From an uncultured Planctomycetaceae bacterium (GTDB lineage Bacteria; Planctomycetota; Phycisphaerae; UBA1845; UTPLA1), in contig CAZSBF010000005.1 in assembly GCA_964605185.1 (NCBI GenBank), positions 3,625-67,624 of the forward strand: a DNA stretch of 64,000 bases, read 5' to 3'. The translations under genes and the position numbers were made by a program. The notes under the pieces are model-generated. The model ran no database searches. It was not told the DNA's origin and was given only the letters and a program-made list of their open reading frames with translations. Within the stretch, counting starts at the first letter, position 1. Every line of letters starts with the position of its first letter. Below are positions 1 to 8,914 of this stretch, in pieces.

Positions 1-104
1 AAGATCGGCTCAAAGAACGACGCCCAACGCCGCCCGTGTAGCACGTGGGACGCTCCCGCCACCATAAACGCAAACGCTGTCGCGACTTCCAACGGATTTG
101 ACAT
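1..104 (-). CDS. hypothetical protein, N-terminal fragment (gene runs off the window start)
   Basis: Minus-strand ATG at 104-102 with AAGGAG (complement of 112-117) 7 nt upstream. Reads MSNPLEVATAFAFMVAGASHVLHGRRW..., which is hydrophobic. Only about 34 codons are visible. Confidence 0.4.
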   Translation of the reverse strand, partial: MSNPLEVATAFAFMVAGASHVLHGRRWASFFEPI

Positions 105-290
105 GAGTGGTCTCCTTTAGAGAAGTAGCCTAGTATATACAAGGTAGCATAGGGTACATTATGTATCGCGTCAAGTCAGCCAGGCCCACGCCACTTCGGC
201 CACACACTGAAACAGGTAAAACGACTGATGCGCCGTAGAATGTAGCCGATCAGCAACGTGCCGCTCAGGCCAGCGAGAGAGGAGATTCTG

Positions 291-950
291 ATGACCGCCT
301 CCCAGCAAGCCCTCGACGTCGTGAAAGCGGGAAACGTCGCCGAATTCCGCGCCCTCCTTGCCGCCGACCCTGCCCTCGCCGATGCAACCATTGACGGCGG
401 CATGTCGCTGCTTCTGCTCGCCGGTTTTTTTGGTCATGCGGAGATTATTGACGTGATGCTCGCAACCGGCCGGAAGCTCACCATCTATGAAGCCGCCGCG
501 CTCGGTAAGGGCGCGGAGTTGACTGCGTTTCTCGACGCCGACCCCGCCGCGATCAACACCTTTTCGTCCTACGGATTCACGCCGCTCCACCATGCGGCCT
601 ACATGGCCGACGCATCGACCGTCCATCTACTTCTTGATCGCGGCGCCGATGTCAACGCCGTTTCTCGTGATCACATGCAGCTCACGCCATTGCATCAGGC
701 CGCGGTCAAGGGCAAGCGCGATATGGTGGCGTTGCTCCTCGATCACGGCGCCAACCCCACGCCGCCACACCCGCAGGGCTATACCCCGCTCCACGCCGCG
801 GCCGGCGGCGGCGATCTCGTTTCGGTTCGCCGATTGCTGACAATGGGTGCGGATCCGACGCAGACGTTTCAGGGCAAGACCGCGGCGGACATCGCGATGG
901 AAAAGGGTCACAAAGACGCCGCGGCGGCGATTCGGGCGGAGATGGTGTGA
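291..950 (+). CDS. ankyrin repeat protein
   Basis: Repeated ankyrin consensus blocks: GFTPLHHAAYMADASTVHLLLDRGADVN, LTPLHQAAVKGKRDMVALLLDHGANP, YTPLHAAAGGGDLVSVRRLLTMGADP. ATG 291 is preceded by GAGAGGAG. An in-frame GTG at 258 is the alternative start. Confidence 0.85.
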   Translation: MTASQQALDVVKAGNVAEFRALLAADPALADATIDGGMSLLLLAGFFGHAEIIDVMLATGRKLTIYEAAALGKGAELTAFLDADPAAINTFSSYGFTPLHHAAYMADASTVHLLLDRGADVNAVSRDHMQLTPLHQAAVKGKRDMVALLLDHGANPTPPHPQGYTPLHAAAGGGDLVSVRRLLTMGADPTQTFQGKTAADIAMEKGHKDAAAAIRAEMV

Positions 951-981
951 ACGGCCTCTTGTAGTCTTTGGGCCGGCATCA

Positions 982-1221
982 TTACCAAAAGTACCAGTGG
1001 TCTCTCAGCCAATCCCAGAAGGATTCGCCATAGGCCGCTGAGCAAAACGCGAACACGATTACTGCACCGATTATTAGCGCAGCGGCGGGTGCCACCGTTA
1101 ACGGCAAAACCCAACTAACAAGCGTCATCCCAAAGAAAGCGCCGATGATCGCACCAAAGACTGCCCTCACCCCATAACCGGCCCAATCGATCTGCTTGCC
1201 ATCTGAGGAGTTCTTGCTCAT
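982..1221 (-). CDS. small membrane protein (79 aa, two hydrophobic helices)
   Basis: Internal ATG of ORF 982..1395. MSKNSSDGKQIDWAGYGVRAVFGAIIGAFFGMTLVSWVLPLTVAPAAALIIGAVIVFAF... The upstream part of the long ORF overlaps the kynU 3' end and looks non-coding. Confidence 0.5.
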   Translation of the reverse strand: MSKNSSDGKQIDWAGYGVRAVFGAIIGAFFGMTLVSWVLPLTVAPAAALIIGAVIVFAFCSAAYGESFWDWLRDHWYFW

Positions 1222-1366
1222 TGCATGCCCTACTGATGCCGTCGTGCCGCTCGGATCAACATGAACAACACAACCAAGATGCCGGCCGCAATTACGATGG
1301 CGAGCGTTGTTGGCACCCGGACAATTGACGCTGCCGCCAAAGTATTCATCGCCCAGTCCTCGCGTT

Positions 1367-2668
1367 CTATCGATGTCGCGCCAGCACCTGCGCAAATCGC
1401 CAGACGTCGTGGTACGTGTTGTACAGCGGCACCGGGGCCACGCGGATCACGTTCGGTTCGCGGAAGTCCCCTTTTACACCGGCCTCTTCCAGTTCTTTGA
1501 ACAGCCCGCGCGGGTTCTCGTTTACGAGGATCGATAGCTGGCAGCCGCGTTCGGCGGGGCGCTTCGGCGTGATGACCTGATAGCGGTTGGACGGCATCTG
1601 ATCGATCAGGAATTGCAGATAACCGGTGAGCAGTTCCGACTTGACCCGCAGACGATCCATGCCCGCCTCGTCGAACACATCCAGCGATGCCCGCAACGGG
1701 GCGAGCGACAGGATCGGCGGGTTGCTGACTTGCCAGCTATCCACGGACGGGACAGGTTTGAACTCCGGCTCCAGGTGCATGCGAAATCGGGTGGCCGGGT
1801 CGTTGCCCCACCAGCCGGAGAGGCGAGGCACGTCGAGATCGGGGTTCGCCGCGTGCTTCTCATGCACGAAACAGCCCGCCACCGCGCCGGGACCGGCGTT
1901 CATGTATTTGTAGTGGCACCACACGGCGAAATCGACGCCCCACTCGTGCAGGGCCAGCGGCACGTTTCCGATTGCATGCGCAAGGTCCAGGCCAAGCGTG
2001 CAGCCCTCGCGCTTGGCTGCCGCCGCAACGCGACGCATGTCCAACACCTGCCCGGTGAAGAAGTTGACGCCGGCCAGAAGCACGAGTGCGAACTGATCGC
2101 CATGGTCCTCAAGGATGGACTCGATGTCGCCGAGTCGAACGGTCTCCTCGCCCTCGCGCGGGCCGACGATCACAAGCGCATCGTTCGGTTCAAAGCGGTG
2201 GCAGCGAATCTGGCTCTTGATCGCGTAAGTGTCCGATGGAAATGCCGGCGCCTCCATGAGGATTTTGTATCGCTGCTTCGTGGGGCGGTAGAAGCTGACC
2301 ATGAGCAGGTGCAGGTTCACGGTCAGGCTGTTCATCACCACGACTTCGTTTGGCTGTGCCCCGACGACGCGGCCAAGTTTGTCGCGGAAGACTTCGTGAT
2401 ACGAATACCACGGGGTGCGGCCGGCAAAGTGACCATCCACGCCGAGCCGTGCCCAGTCGTCGAGTTCCTGTTGGACATATGCGACGGCCCCTTTGGGCAT
2501 CAGGCCGAGCGAATTGCCACAGAGATAGATGTGCGGCTTTCCATTTGCATCCGTCGGAATGTGGAATCGGTCGCGAAAGGTGCGCAGCGGGTCATCGGAG
2601 TCCATCGTGAGTGCAAAGGGCTCGTTCGGGGAATAGGCGATCGAAGGTGAGGGGGGCGAAATGTTCAT
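1367..2668 (-). CDS. kynU: kynureninase
   Basis: 433 aa. Family-typical blocks: YLCGNSLGLMPK, FALVLLAGVNFFTGQ, the PLP-lysine context WCHYKYMNAGPG, and the C-terminal IRVAPVPLYNTYHDV. Confidence 0.9.
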   Translation of the reverse strand: MNISPPSPSIAYSPNEPFALTMDSDDPLRTFRDRFHIPTDANGKPHIYLCGNSLGLMPKGAVAYVQQELDDWARLGVDGHFAGRTPWYSYHEVFRDKLGRVVGAQPNEVVVMNSLTVNLHLLMVSFYRPTKQRYKILMEAPAFPSDTYAIKSQIRCHRFEPNDALVIVGPREGEETVRLGDIESILEDHGDQFALVLLAGVNFFTGQVLDMRRVAAAAKREGCTLGLDLAHAIGNVPLALHEWGVDFAVWCHYKYMNAGPGAVAGCFVHEKHAANPDLDVPRLSGWWGNDPATRFRMHLEPEFKPVPSVDSWQVSNPPILSLAPLRASLDVFDEAGMDRLRVKSELLTGYLQFLIDQMPSNRYQVITPKRPAERGCQLSILVNENPRGLFKELEEAGVKGDFREPNVIRVAPVPLYNTYHDVWRFAQVLARHR

Positions 2669-3096
2669 AGATGCTTGTCCGACGCCAAATCAGTTGCGAT
2701 GGCGGAAGGGCATAGTCTATTTCCAACCCGCCGGCCGTCAAAACCGGGTGACAATTGCCGGGGCGATTCGAATGCGGCCGTGTTTGTCCGATAAAGCATT
2801 GCACGAGGTACGGCAGAGCGGCAATTTGCTGCGATAACGGTCACGTGTTGCACTCTTATCGGGATTAATCGAGAAAAACAATACGTCGGAATAGGAAATT
2901 AGCTTGCATAATCCGCGCCGGCGCGGTTTGATTTCCCGCCAGACAAGTGCCATCTCTTCGCCGATGCATGGCACTGGAGTTTTCGTAACGGCCCGCGATT
3001 CCGCGGTGCTTCTGTACCCCAAACGAATAACACGACATGACCTATTGAGGATCGGTTCGCGCGACGCGCGGTCCACGTTTCCCACGAGGTGTAATC

Positions 3097-4059
3097 TTGA
3101 AAACTGCACTTACCATCCTTTCATTCTCAGTTGCCGCTGTCCTATTGGCGACGAACACTCGCGCTGACACGCCGCGGGATTCAGCGAATAAACCGGTGAT
3201 TACCAACGCCGAGTTCGATCGTCCGATGTCGCTCGATGAAACCAAGACCGAGTCGGCCAGCGAGACCAAATCGGCGAGCAGCGGAATCTGGATTTTCCCC
3301 GATCAGGCGCCTCTCGATGGAAAAATCGCGACTGATCGTCCGGCGTTCTCTGACACGGCATCACTCGTCCCCCGAGGCCGGTTCCAGATCGAAAGCGGCT
3401 ACACGTTCACCTATGACCGTGAAGATGATCGCCGCGTGATCGACCATACCATGCCCGCCGTCGCCCTTCGCACCGGCATCACCGACTGGCTCGAATTTCG
3501 CACCCAGTGGTTCGGCTATTCTTATTCCGAAGTGCTTGACGAAGTCCGCACGCGGGCCGGTCGCCGCGTGAACCACACCGACCATGACGAAGGTTGTTCC
3601 GATCTGAACCTCGGTTTCAAGGTGCCGCTTATCAAGCAGAAAGAGTGGCGGCCCAACGTCTCGTTGATTGCGTCGTTGTATGTCCCGACCGGCTCGGACA
3701 GCAAGAGCGCGAACAACGTCGTCCCCGAACTCAAGTTGCCCTGGAATTATGCGTTGACCGACAAGTTCACGATCTACGGCTCGATCCTCGGCCGCGTTGC
3801 CGACGGGGACAACGGGCAATTCTTCCAGACCGCCGCGACCGCCGCAGCAGCCTACCAGGTGTGCAGCAAGGCCAAGCTCTACGCCGAATACTTCGGCATC
3901 TTCCCGGGCAATCGCTCGGAGGATTGCATGCATATGGTCAGCGTCGGCCCGATTTTCAGTATCACGGACAACATCTCAATGGACCTGCGAGCGACCGTCG
4001 GCCTAAACGAACAGGCCCCGGACTTCCAGGCCAGCGTTGGTTTTGGTATTCGTTTCTAA
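3097..4059 (+). CDS. outer-membrane beta-barrel protein (MetA-pathway/transporter-like family)
   Basis: TTG start with GAGGTG 6 nt upstream. Signal peptide KTALTILSFSVAAVLLATNTRA. TDRPAFSDTASLVPRGRFQIESGY block, alternating beta-strand pattern, C-terminal GFGIRF. Confidence 0.7.
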   Translation: MKTALTILSFSVAAVLLATNTRADTPRDSANKPVITNAEFDRPMSLDETKTESASETKSASSGIWIFPDQAPLDGKIATDRPAFSDTASLVPRGRFQIESGYTFTYDREDDRRVIDHTMPAVALRTGITDWLEFRTQWFGYSYSEVLDEVRTRAGRRVNHTDHDEGCSDLNLGFKVPLIKQKEWRPNVSLIASLYVPTGSDSKSANNVVPELKLPWNYALTDKFTIYGSILGRVADGDNGQFFQTAATAAAAYQVCSKAKLYAEYFGIFPGNRSEDCMHMVSVGPIFSITDNISMDLRATVGLNEQAPDFQASVGFGIRF

Positions 4060-4087
4060 GAACCCTCTGCATCAAGGAGAGATATTC

Positions 4088-4210
4088 ATGCTGATTGGCG
4101 ACATTCTTTATTCCGTGTTTACGGCGCTTATTAACACCCTCGTGACGACGCCGTTCTTCTCGTTCCTCAACAATCTGTTCGGCATTCCGTTCCGACTCGC
4201 CGGCGTCTAA
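4088..4210 (+). CDS. putative small hydrophobic peptide (40 aa)
   Basis: ATG 7 nt after AAGGAGA, immediately downstream of the OMP gene. MLIGDILYSVFTALINTLVTTPFFSFLNNLFGIPFRLAGV. Below the length cutoff of the ORF track. No homology evidence. Confidence 0.3.
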   Translation: MLIGDILYSVFTALINTLVTTPFFSFLNNLFGIPFRLAGV

Positions 4211-4375
4211 GCGCCCCGGTCGTCGAGCGTTATCCGTCTGGAACTTGAACAAGCCGTGACGCGGTCGTAATCGGCCGTGCCCCGGCTTTTCTTGCGCGCT
4301 GGTTTCAACCGGCAGGCACGTCGCGTACATTGTCACGCCACCAGCCCGCCTTCGCGGCTGCCGAGGTCATCCTAG

Positions 4376-5680
4376 ATGCGAGCAAAGCTGCACCATGTCA
4401 TTCTCGCCGCGATGATCGCGGGCGCGGCCGCGGGTCTTATTGCCAATGAGATGGCCCCTCGTACGGCAACGGGCGCGGCGAACGTGACGCTCGCGTGGAT
4501 CGTGACGTACATTGCCGAGCCCCTCGGACAGATCTTCCTTCGGCTGATCTACATGATCGCGCTGCCGCTGGTGTTTTGCGCCTTGGCGCTGGGCGTCGCA
4601 GGGATGGGCGATGTTCGCAAGCTCGGCCGCATCGGGCTGCGAACGCTCTTGCTCACGGTCATCCTCTCCGGCTTCTCCGTCTTTCTCGGCGTCATGCTTA
4701 CCAAGACGATTCGCCCGGGAGCCGCACTCCCGCCGGACAAGCGCGCCGCGCTCATGGATCGTTTCACCGCACAAGCCGGCACCACACTGGCCAATGCCGG
4801 CAAGGCCAAGACCATTCGCGACGCACTACTCGACATCATTCCGAAGAACCCGCTGCAGGAAATGGTCGGCGCCATGGATGGCAGTTCCCCCGGCGGCGGA
4901 ATGCTCGCCGTGATGTTCTTTGCCGTGATGGTCGGCATCGCCATCACCATCGTTCCGGACAAAACCCGGCCGCTTGTTGCCCTTTTGGAGAGCATGTACG
5001 AAGTCGTCATGACCATCATTAACATGGCCATGCGACTTGCACCGGTTGGCGTCGCGGCGCTGGTTTTCTCGCTCACGTCGCTTATGGGGTTCGACATCGT
5101 TCGAACGCTCGGCTGGTTCGTCGTGTGTGCCTTGGGCGGGTTTATTATTCAAATGGCGCTTGTGTATTCCGGCGTCGTCGCCTTGTTTGGCGGCATGACG
5201 CCACGGCGTTTCTATTCTGGAATCAGCGAGGCGATGGTCACCGGCTTTGCGACGTCGTCCTCCAGTGCGACACTTCCCACGGCCCTTCGGGTCACACAGG
5301 AGAACCTCGGAGTGCGGCGCGACATCGCCGGATTCGTGTTGACCGTCGGCTCCACGGCCAATCAAAATGGAACGGCGTTGTATGAAGGCGTCGTCGTGCT
5401 CTTTCTTGCCCAGGTGTTTGGCGTAGAACTGACGCTTGTCCAGCAAGTGATGGTGGTTCTCATGGCCGTTCTTGCAGGGATCGGCACGGCCGGCATCCCC
5501 GGCGGTTCGCTCCCGATGATCGTTTTGGTGTTGCAATCGGTCGGCGTGCCGGGCGAAGGCATCTGCATCATCCTCGGCGTTGATCGTTTGCTGGACATGT
5601 GCCGCACCGTTGTCAATGTCACCGGAGACATTGCCATCGCCGTTTGCGTCAACCGCAGCGAACTGCGCTCCATGCGATGA
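4376..5680 (+). CDS. dicarboxylate/amino acid:cation symporter (DAACS / GltP family)
   Basis: 434 aa polytopic membrane protein with the SSSATLP motif, NQNGTALYEG, GIPGGSLPMI and the VDRLLDMCRTVVNVTGD block typical of the family. Confidence 0.9.
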   Translation: MRAKLHHVILAAMIAGAAAGLIANEMAPRTATGAANVTLAWIVTYIAEPLGQIFLRLIYMIALPLVFCALALGVAGMGDVRKLGRIGLRTLLLTVILSGFSVFLGVMLTKTIRPGAALPPDKRAALMDRFTAQAGTTLANAGKAKTIRDALLDIIPKNPLQEMVGAMDGSSPGGGMLAVMFFAVMVGIAITIVPDKTRPLVALLESMYEVVMTIINMAMRLAPVGVAALVFSLTSLMGFDIVRTLGWFVVCALGGFIIQMALVYSGVVALFGGMTPRRFYSGISEAMVTGFATSSSSATLPTALRVTQENLGVRRDIAGFVLTVGSTANQNGTALYEGVVVLFLAQVFGVELTLVQQVMVVLMAVLAGIGTAGIPGGSLPMIVLVLQSVGVPGEGICIILGVDRLLDMCRTVVNVTGDIAIAVCVNRSELRSMR

Positions 5681-5751
5681 TGGTCGGGCCGCATCGCGTT
5701 TTATTTTTCCTGTGAATTCATTACAATGCAGTGCGGAAGGGAATCCACACC

Positions 5752-7521
5752 ATGCTCACACTCGTCCACGTCACCCACGAAGCGGTCCACAAAATGGGCG
5801 GCATCGGCTCGGTTCTCGAAGGGCTCATCACCGCCCATGACTACACCGAGCAGATCGACCGCACCATTCTTCTCTGCCCGCTATTCACACGTGAAGGCCC
5901 GGTCGACGCTCGATTGGGCCCCGAGGGCGAAGTGCTTTATTCGTCCGTGGACGGCCGCGTCAATCACCCGCTGGCCGAGTCGTTCCGACAAATTCAGAGT
6001 CGCTTCCACGTGGACATCGTGTATGGTCGCCGCATCCTTCGCGAGCCATACACCGGCACGATTCAGCGACCTGAAGTCATCCTGATCGACGTCACGCGGG
6101 CGGCCCTGGAGCCGATCAACGAGCTGAAGTTCAAACTCTTCGATGCATTCGGGCTCGCCTCGACGCGCTATGAAACAAGCTGGGATTACGAGCAATACGT
6201 CCGCCTTGCCGAGCCGGGGTTGGCGTGCCTGCGTGCGCTGGGCGCTGCGCAGCGCGGCACATTCATCGTTGCCCACGAATTCATGGGCCTCCCCACGGCG
6301 CTCGCGGCCAAGCTGCATCCGGAACTCAACCTTCGAACCATTTTTCACGCCCATGAAGTCGCGCCGATCCGGCGAATCGTGGAAGACCACCCCGGCCACG
6401 ACACAATGTTTTACAACGTCCTGCGCAAGGCGGCGAAGCAGGGCCTTCCCATCGACAAAATATTTGGCGATCAATTCGGCTACTTCCGGCATGCACTGGT
6501 GGTTGCCGCCCGCCACCTGGATATGACCTTCGCTGTCGGCGACGAGGTCGTTCGCGAAATGCGCTTCCTCGGGCCCGATATGGCCCGCGCGGACATTCGC
6601 CTTACGTACAACGGAATCCCGGCGTACGAAACGACCTATGCCGAAGCGGCGACGAGCAAGGCCCGCATTCAAGATTATCTGCAAACACTCCTCGGCGACC
6701 GGCCGGATTACATTTTCACCCATGTCACTCGCCTGGTTCCAAGCAAGGGTCTTTGGCGCGACATCGGCGTCATGAAGTACCTCGACGAAGAACTTCGCAA
6801 GATAGGCAAATCCGCGGTCTTGATTGTCCTGTCGACGGAAATCGGCGGCCCGCGTGCCCGTGCCGACATCCTGAACATGGAACGCGAGTGGGATTGGCCC
6901 GTCGGCCACCGTGAGGGAATGCCCGATCTCACGCACGGCGAAGCAGTCTTCTACGCAGGCATTCAAGCGCACAACGCCCGCGCCCGCAATGCGAAGATCC
7001 TCTTCATCAATCAATTCGGTTTCGATCGCGAAACGTGCGGCGACCGGATGCCCGCCAATATGCAATTCTGGGATATCCGCCAGGGCAGCGACGTCGAGTT
7101 CGGCCAGTCGGTTTACGAGCCGTTCGGTATCGCCCAGCTGGAGGCGCTTTCTTTCGGAGCCTTGTGCGTCATGAGTTCCGTCTGTGGGTGCGCTGGCTTC
7201 GTGGAAAAGGTCGCCGGCCCGGATGGCACGCCCAACGTGATCATTGCGGACTACACAAATTACAAAGCATCACCCGATACCATCGACGGTTACAAAGCGA
7301 TTACCCGGGCTGAGCGAGAAGCCTTTGACGATTCGGTTGCCCGATCGGTCGCCGCCGAGGTCATGAAGCGATTGCCCCGTACACCCCAGGAAAAAGCGGC
7401 CATGATTCGACGCGGATTCGATCTGGCACAGAAGATGAGCTGGGATGTGATTGCCAGCGACTACGTCCTACCGGCGGTGCGCGAGCTGACGGCCGCGCAC
7501 AAGATTTTCGGCGCAGCCTGA
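5752..7521 (+). CDS. glycogen/starch-synthase-like glycosyltransferase
   Basis: N-terminal HEAVHKMGGIGSVLEGL resembles the E-x-x-x-K-x-GG-I/L motif of GT3/GT5 glucan synthases. C-terminal YEPFGIAQLEALSFG (E-x7-E GT-B motif). ATG 5752 has GGAAGGG upstream. GTG 5731 is the alternative start. Confidence 0.65.
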   Translation: MLTLVHVTHEAVHKMGGIGSVLEGLITAHDYTEQIDRTILLCPLFTREGPVDARLGPEGEVLYSSVDGRVNHPLAESFRQIQSRFHVDIVYGRRILREPYTGTIQRPEVILIDVTRAALEPINELKFKLFDAFGLASTRYETSWDYEQYVRLAEPGLACLRALGAAQRGTFIVAHEFMGLPTALAAKLHPELNLRTIFHAHEVAPIRRIVEDHPGHDTMFYNVLRKAAKQGLPIDKIFGDQFGYFRHALVVAARHLDMTFAVGDEVVREMRFLGPDMARADIRLTYNGIPAYETTYAEAATSKARIQDYLQTLLGDRPDYIFTHVTRLVPSKGLWRDIGVMKYLDEELRKIGKSAVLIVLSTEIGGPRARADILNMEREWDWPVGHREGMPDLTHGEAVFYAGIQAHNARARNAKILFINQFGFDRETCGDRMPANMQFWDIRQGSDVEFGQSVYEPFGIAQLEALSFGALCVMSSVCGCAGFVEKVAGPDGTPNVIIADYTNYKASPDTIDGYKAITRAEREAFDDSVARSVAAEVMKRLPRTPQEKAAMIRRGFDLAQKMSWDVIASDYVLPAVRELTAAHKIFGAA

Positions 7522-7536
7522 TCCGGCAAGGCGTTC

Positions 7537-7857
7537 TCAGTCCGCCGGTTCCATGGTGACGGTCAGCGACCGTGACTGGAATTGATCGACGTACAGTTCG
7601 GCTCGCTCCCGGTGGGTGATGAGCAGAAGGGCACAACCGGTCGAGTCCGCCTCCTGCGTTCGGGCAAAGGCATCCTGCAGATTCATTCCGCACAGCATCA
7701 TGACGGTTTCGACCACATATTCGACCTCGTTTTGGTCGTCGTTGTGCAGTATGACTTTGAATTGGGGAAGAAGCCGGGGCTTGGCGACCTCCGGCAGCGT
7801 TGCAGTCGTAGTACTTTGGGCCGGTTCGGCGGCGGCGGACTTGCTGGACTTACCCAT
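7537..7857 (-). CDS. clpS: ATP-dependent Clp protease adaptor ClpS
   Basis: PQFKVILHNDDQNEVEYVVETVMMLCGMNLQDAFARTQEADSTGCALLLITHRERAELYVDQF matches the ClpS core. There is a low-complexity N-terminal extension of about 30 aa. No clpA is adjacent. Confidence 0.9.
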   Translation of the reverse strand: MGKSSKSAAAEPAQSTTTATLPEVAKPRLLPQFKVILHNDDQNEVEYVVETVMMLCGMNLQDAFARTQEADSTGCALLLITHRERAELYVDQFQSRSLTVTMEPAD

Positions 7858-7996
7858 GGTGGAAACACCTCACTCCTTGCATCGGAAATTCGTTAATAGA
7901 AGTATAGCCCCGCACCCGCCCGGGGCAAGCAAACCGCCCTTCGAGTGCCGCCGCGCCGGGTATAATCCCGCGGCGTAACCTCGCACGGAGGCCCTG

Positions 7997-8914
7997 ATGC
8001 CGGAGATGGACCAGCCACCAGCCCTCGCTGCCGATTCTGAGCGACTGCTCGAACCGGAATTTCTGCGTCGGCTGGAGCAGTTGGAGATTGTCTCCCGGCG
8101 TATTCACGCGGCCCGACAGAAAGGCGAACGCCGATCCAAGCGAAAGGGAGAATCCTCCGAGTTCGCCGATTATCGCAACTATGTCGTCGGGGATGACATC
8201 CGTCACATCGATTGGAACGTGTACGCCCGACTGGAGCGGCTGTTTCTCAAGCTCTTTCTCGAAGAAGAAGAGTTGCATGTGTCGGTTCTGTTCGACGTGT
8301 CAGCATCCATGGCCGATGGATCCCCGAGCAAAGCGATCTACGCGAAACGCGTGGCGGCGTCCTTGGCCTACATCGGCCTTTGCAATCACGACCGCGTGAA
8401 CCTCTATGCCTATTCCGATCGGCTTGTCGGTCGAATGGCGGGCCTTCGCGGTCGACGCACGACGGCCCAGGCAATGTCATTCATCGATGACATCCCCATC
8501 GACGGCGGCAGTCGCTTCTCCGACGCGGCCAAGCAGTTCGCCCTCCGCCACACGCAAAAGGGCGTTGTCATGGTCGTCTCAGACTTCTTGGACAAGGGAG
8601 GGTACGCCGACGGCCTTCGCTATTTGCTGGGCCGCAACATGGATATCTATGTCCTGCAAGTGCTATCGCCTCAGGAGGTCGCACCGGAGTTGACGGGTGA
8701 CCTGAAGCTCGTCGATTGCGAAGACGAGGATGTGGCCGAGGTGACGATCAGCCGGGCGTTGATGGAAAAATATAAGTCGAACCTGCAGAGTTACTGCGAC
8801 GGCCTGCGAGCCTACTGCCATCAACGAGGCATTTCTTATTTATACACACTTACGGATCAGCCCTTTGAGAATCTGATCCTCACCTACCTGCGGCAACGAG
8901 GGTTGGTGCGATGA
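7997..8914 (+). CDS. DUF58 domain protein (vWA-like, MoxR-system associated family)
   Basis: SEFADYRNYVVGDDIRHIDWNVYARLERLFLKLFLEEEE followed by LFDVSASM (MIDAS-like). GGAGG precedes the ATG. The stop overlaps the next start (ATGA). Confidence 0.85.
   Translation: MPEMDQPPALAADSERLLEPEFLRRLEQLEIVSRRIHAARQKGERRSKRKGESSEFADYRNYVVGDDIRHIDWNVYARLERLFLKLFLEEEELHVSVLFDVSASMADGSPSKAIYAKRVAASLAYIGLCNHDRVNLYAYSDRLVGRMAGLRGRRTTAQAMSFIDDIPIDGGSRFSDAAKQFALRHTQKGVVMVVSDFLDKGGYADGLRYLLGRNMDIYVLQVLSPQEVAPELTGDLKLVDCEDEDVAEVTISRALMEKYKSNLQSYCDGLRAYCHQRGISYLYTLTDQPFENLILTYLRQRGLVR

Noticed and set aside
2738-3109. 123-aa minus-strand ORF in the kynU / OMP divergent intergenic region
   Set aside because: It overlaps the OMP start. 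It has no RBS and no motif, and it lies in the AT-richer promoter-like region.
5881-7065. 394-aa ORF on the minus strand, plus similar long antisense ORFs at 17637..18746, 54560..55507, 55468..56595, 57326..58204, 58473..59267 and 26385..27758
   Set aside because: Each overlaps a confidently identified gene on the opposite strand and has shadow-ORF amino-acid composition.
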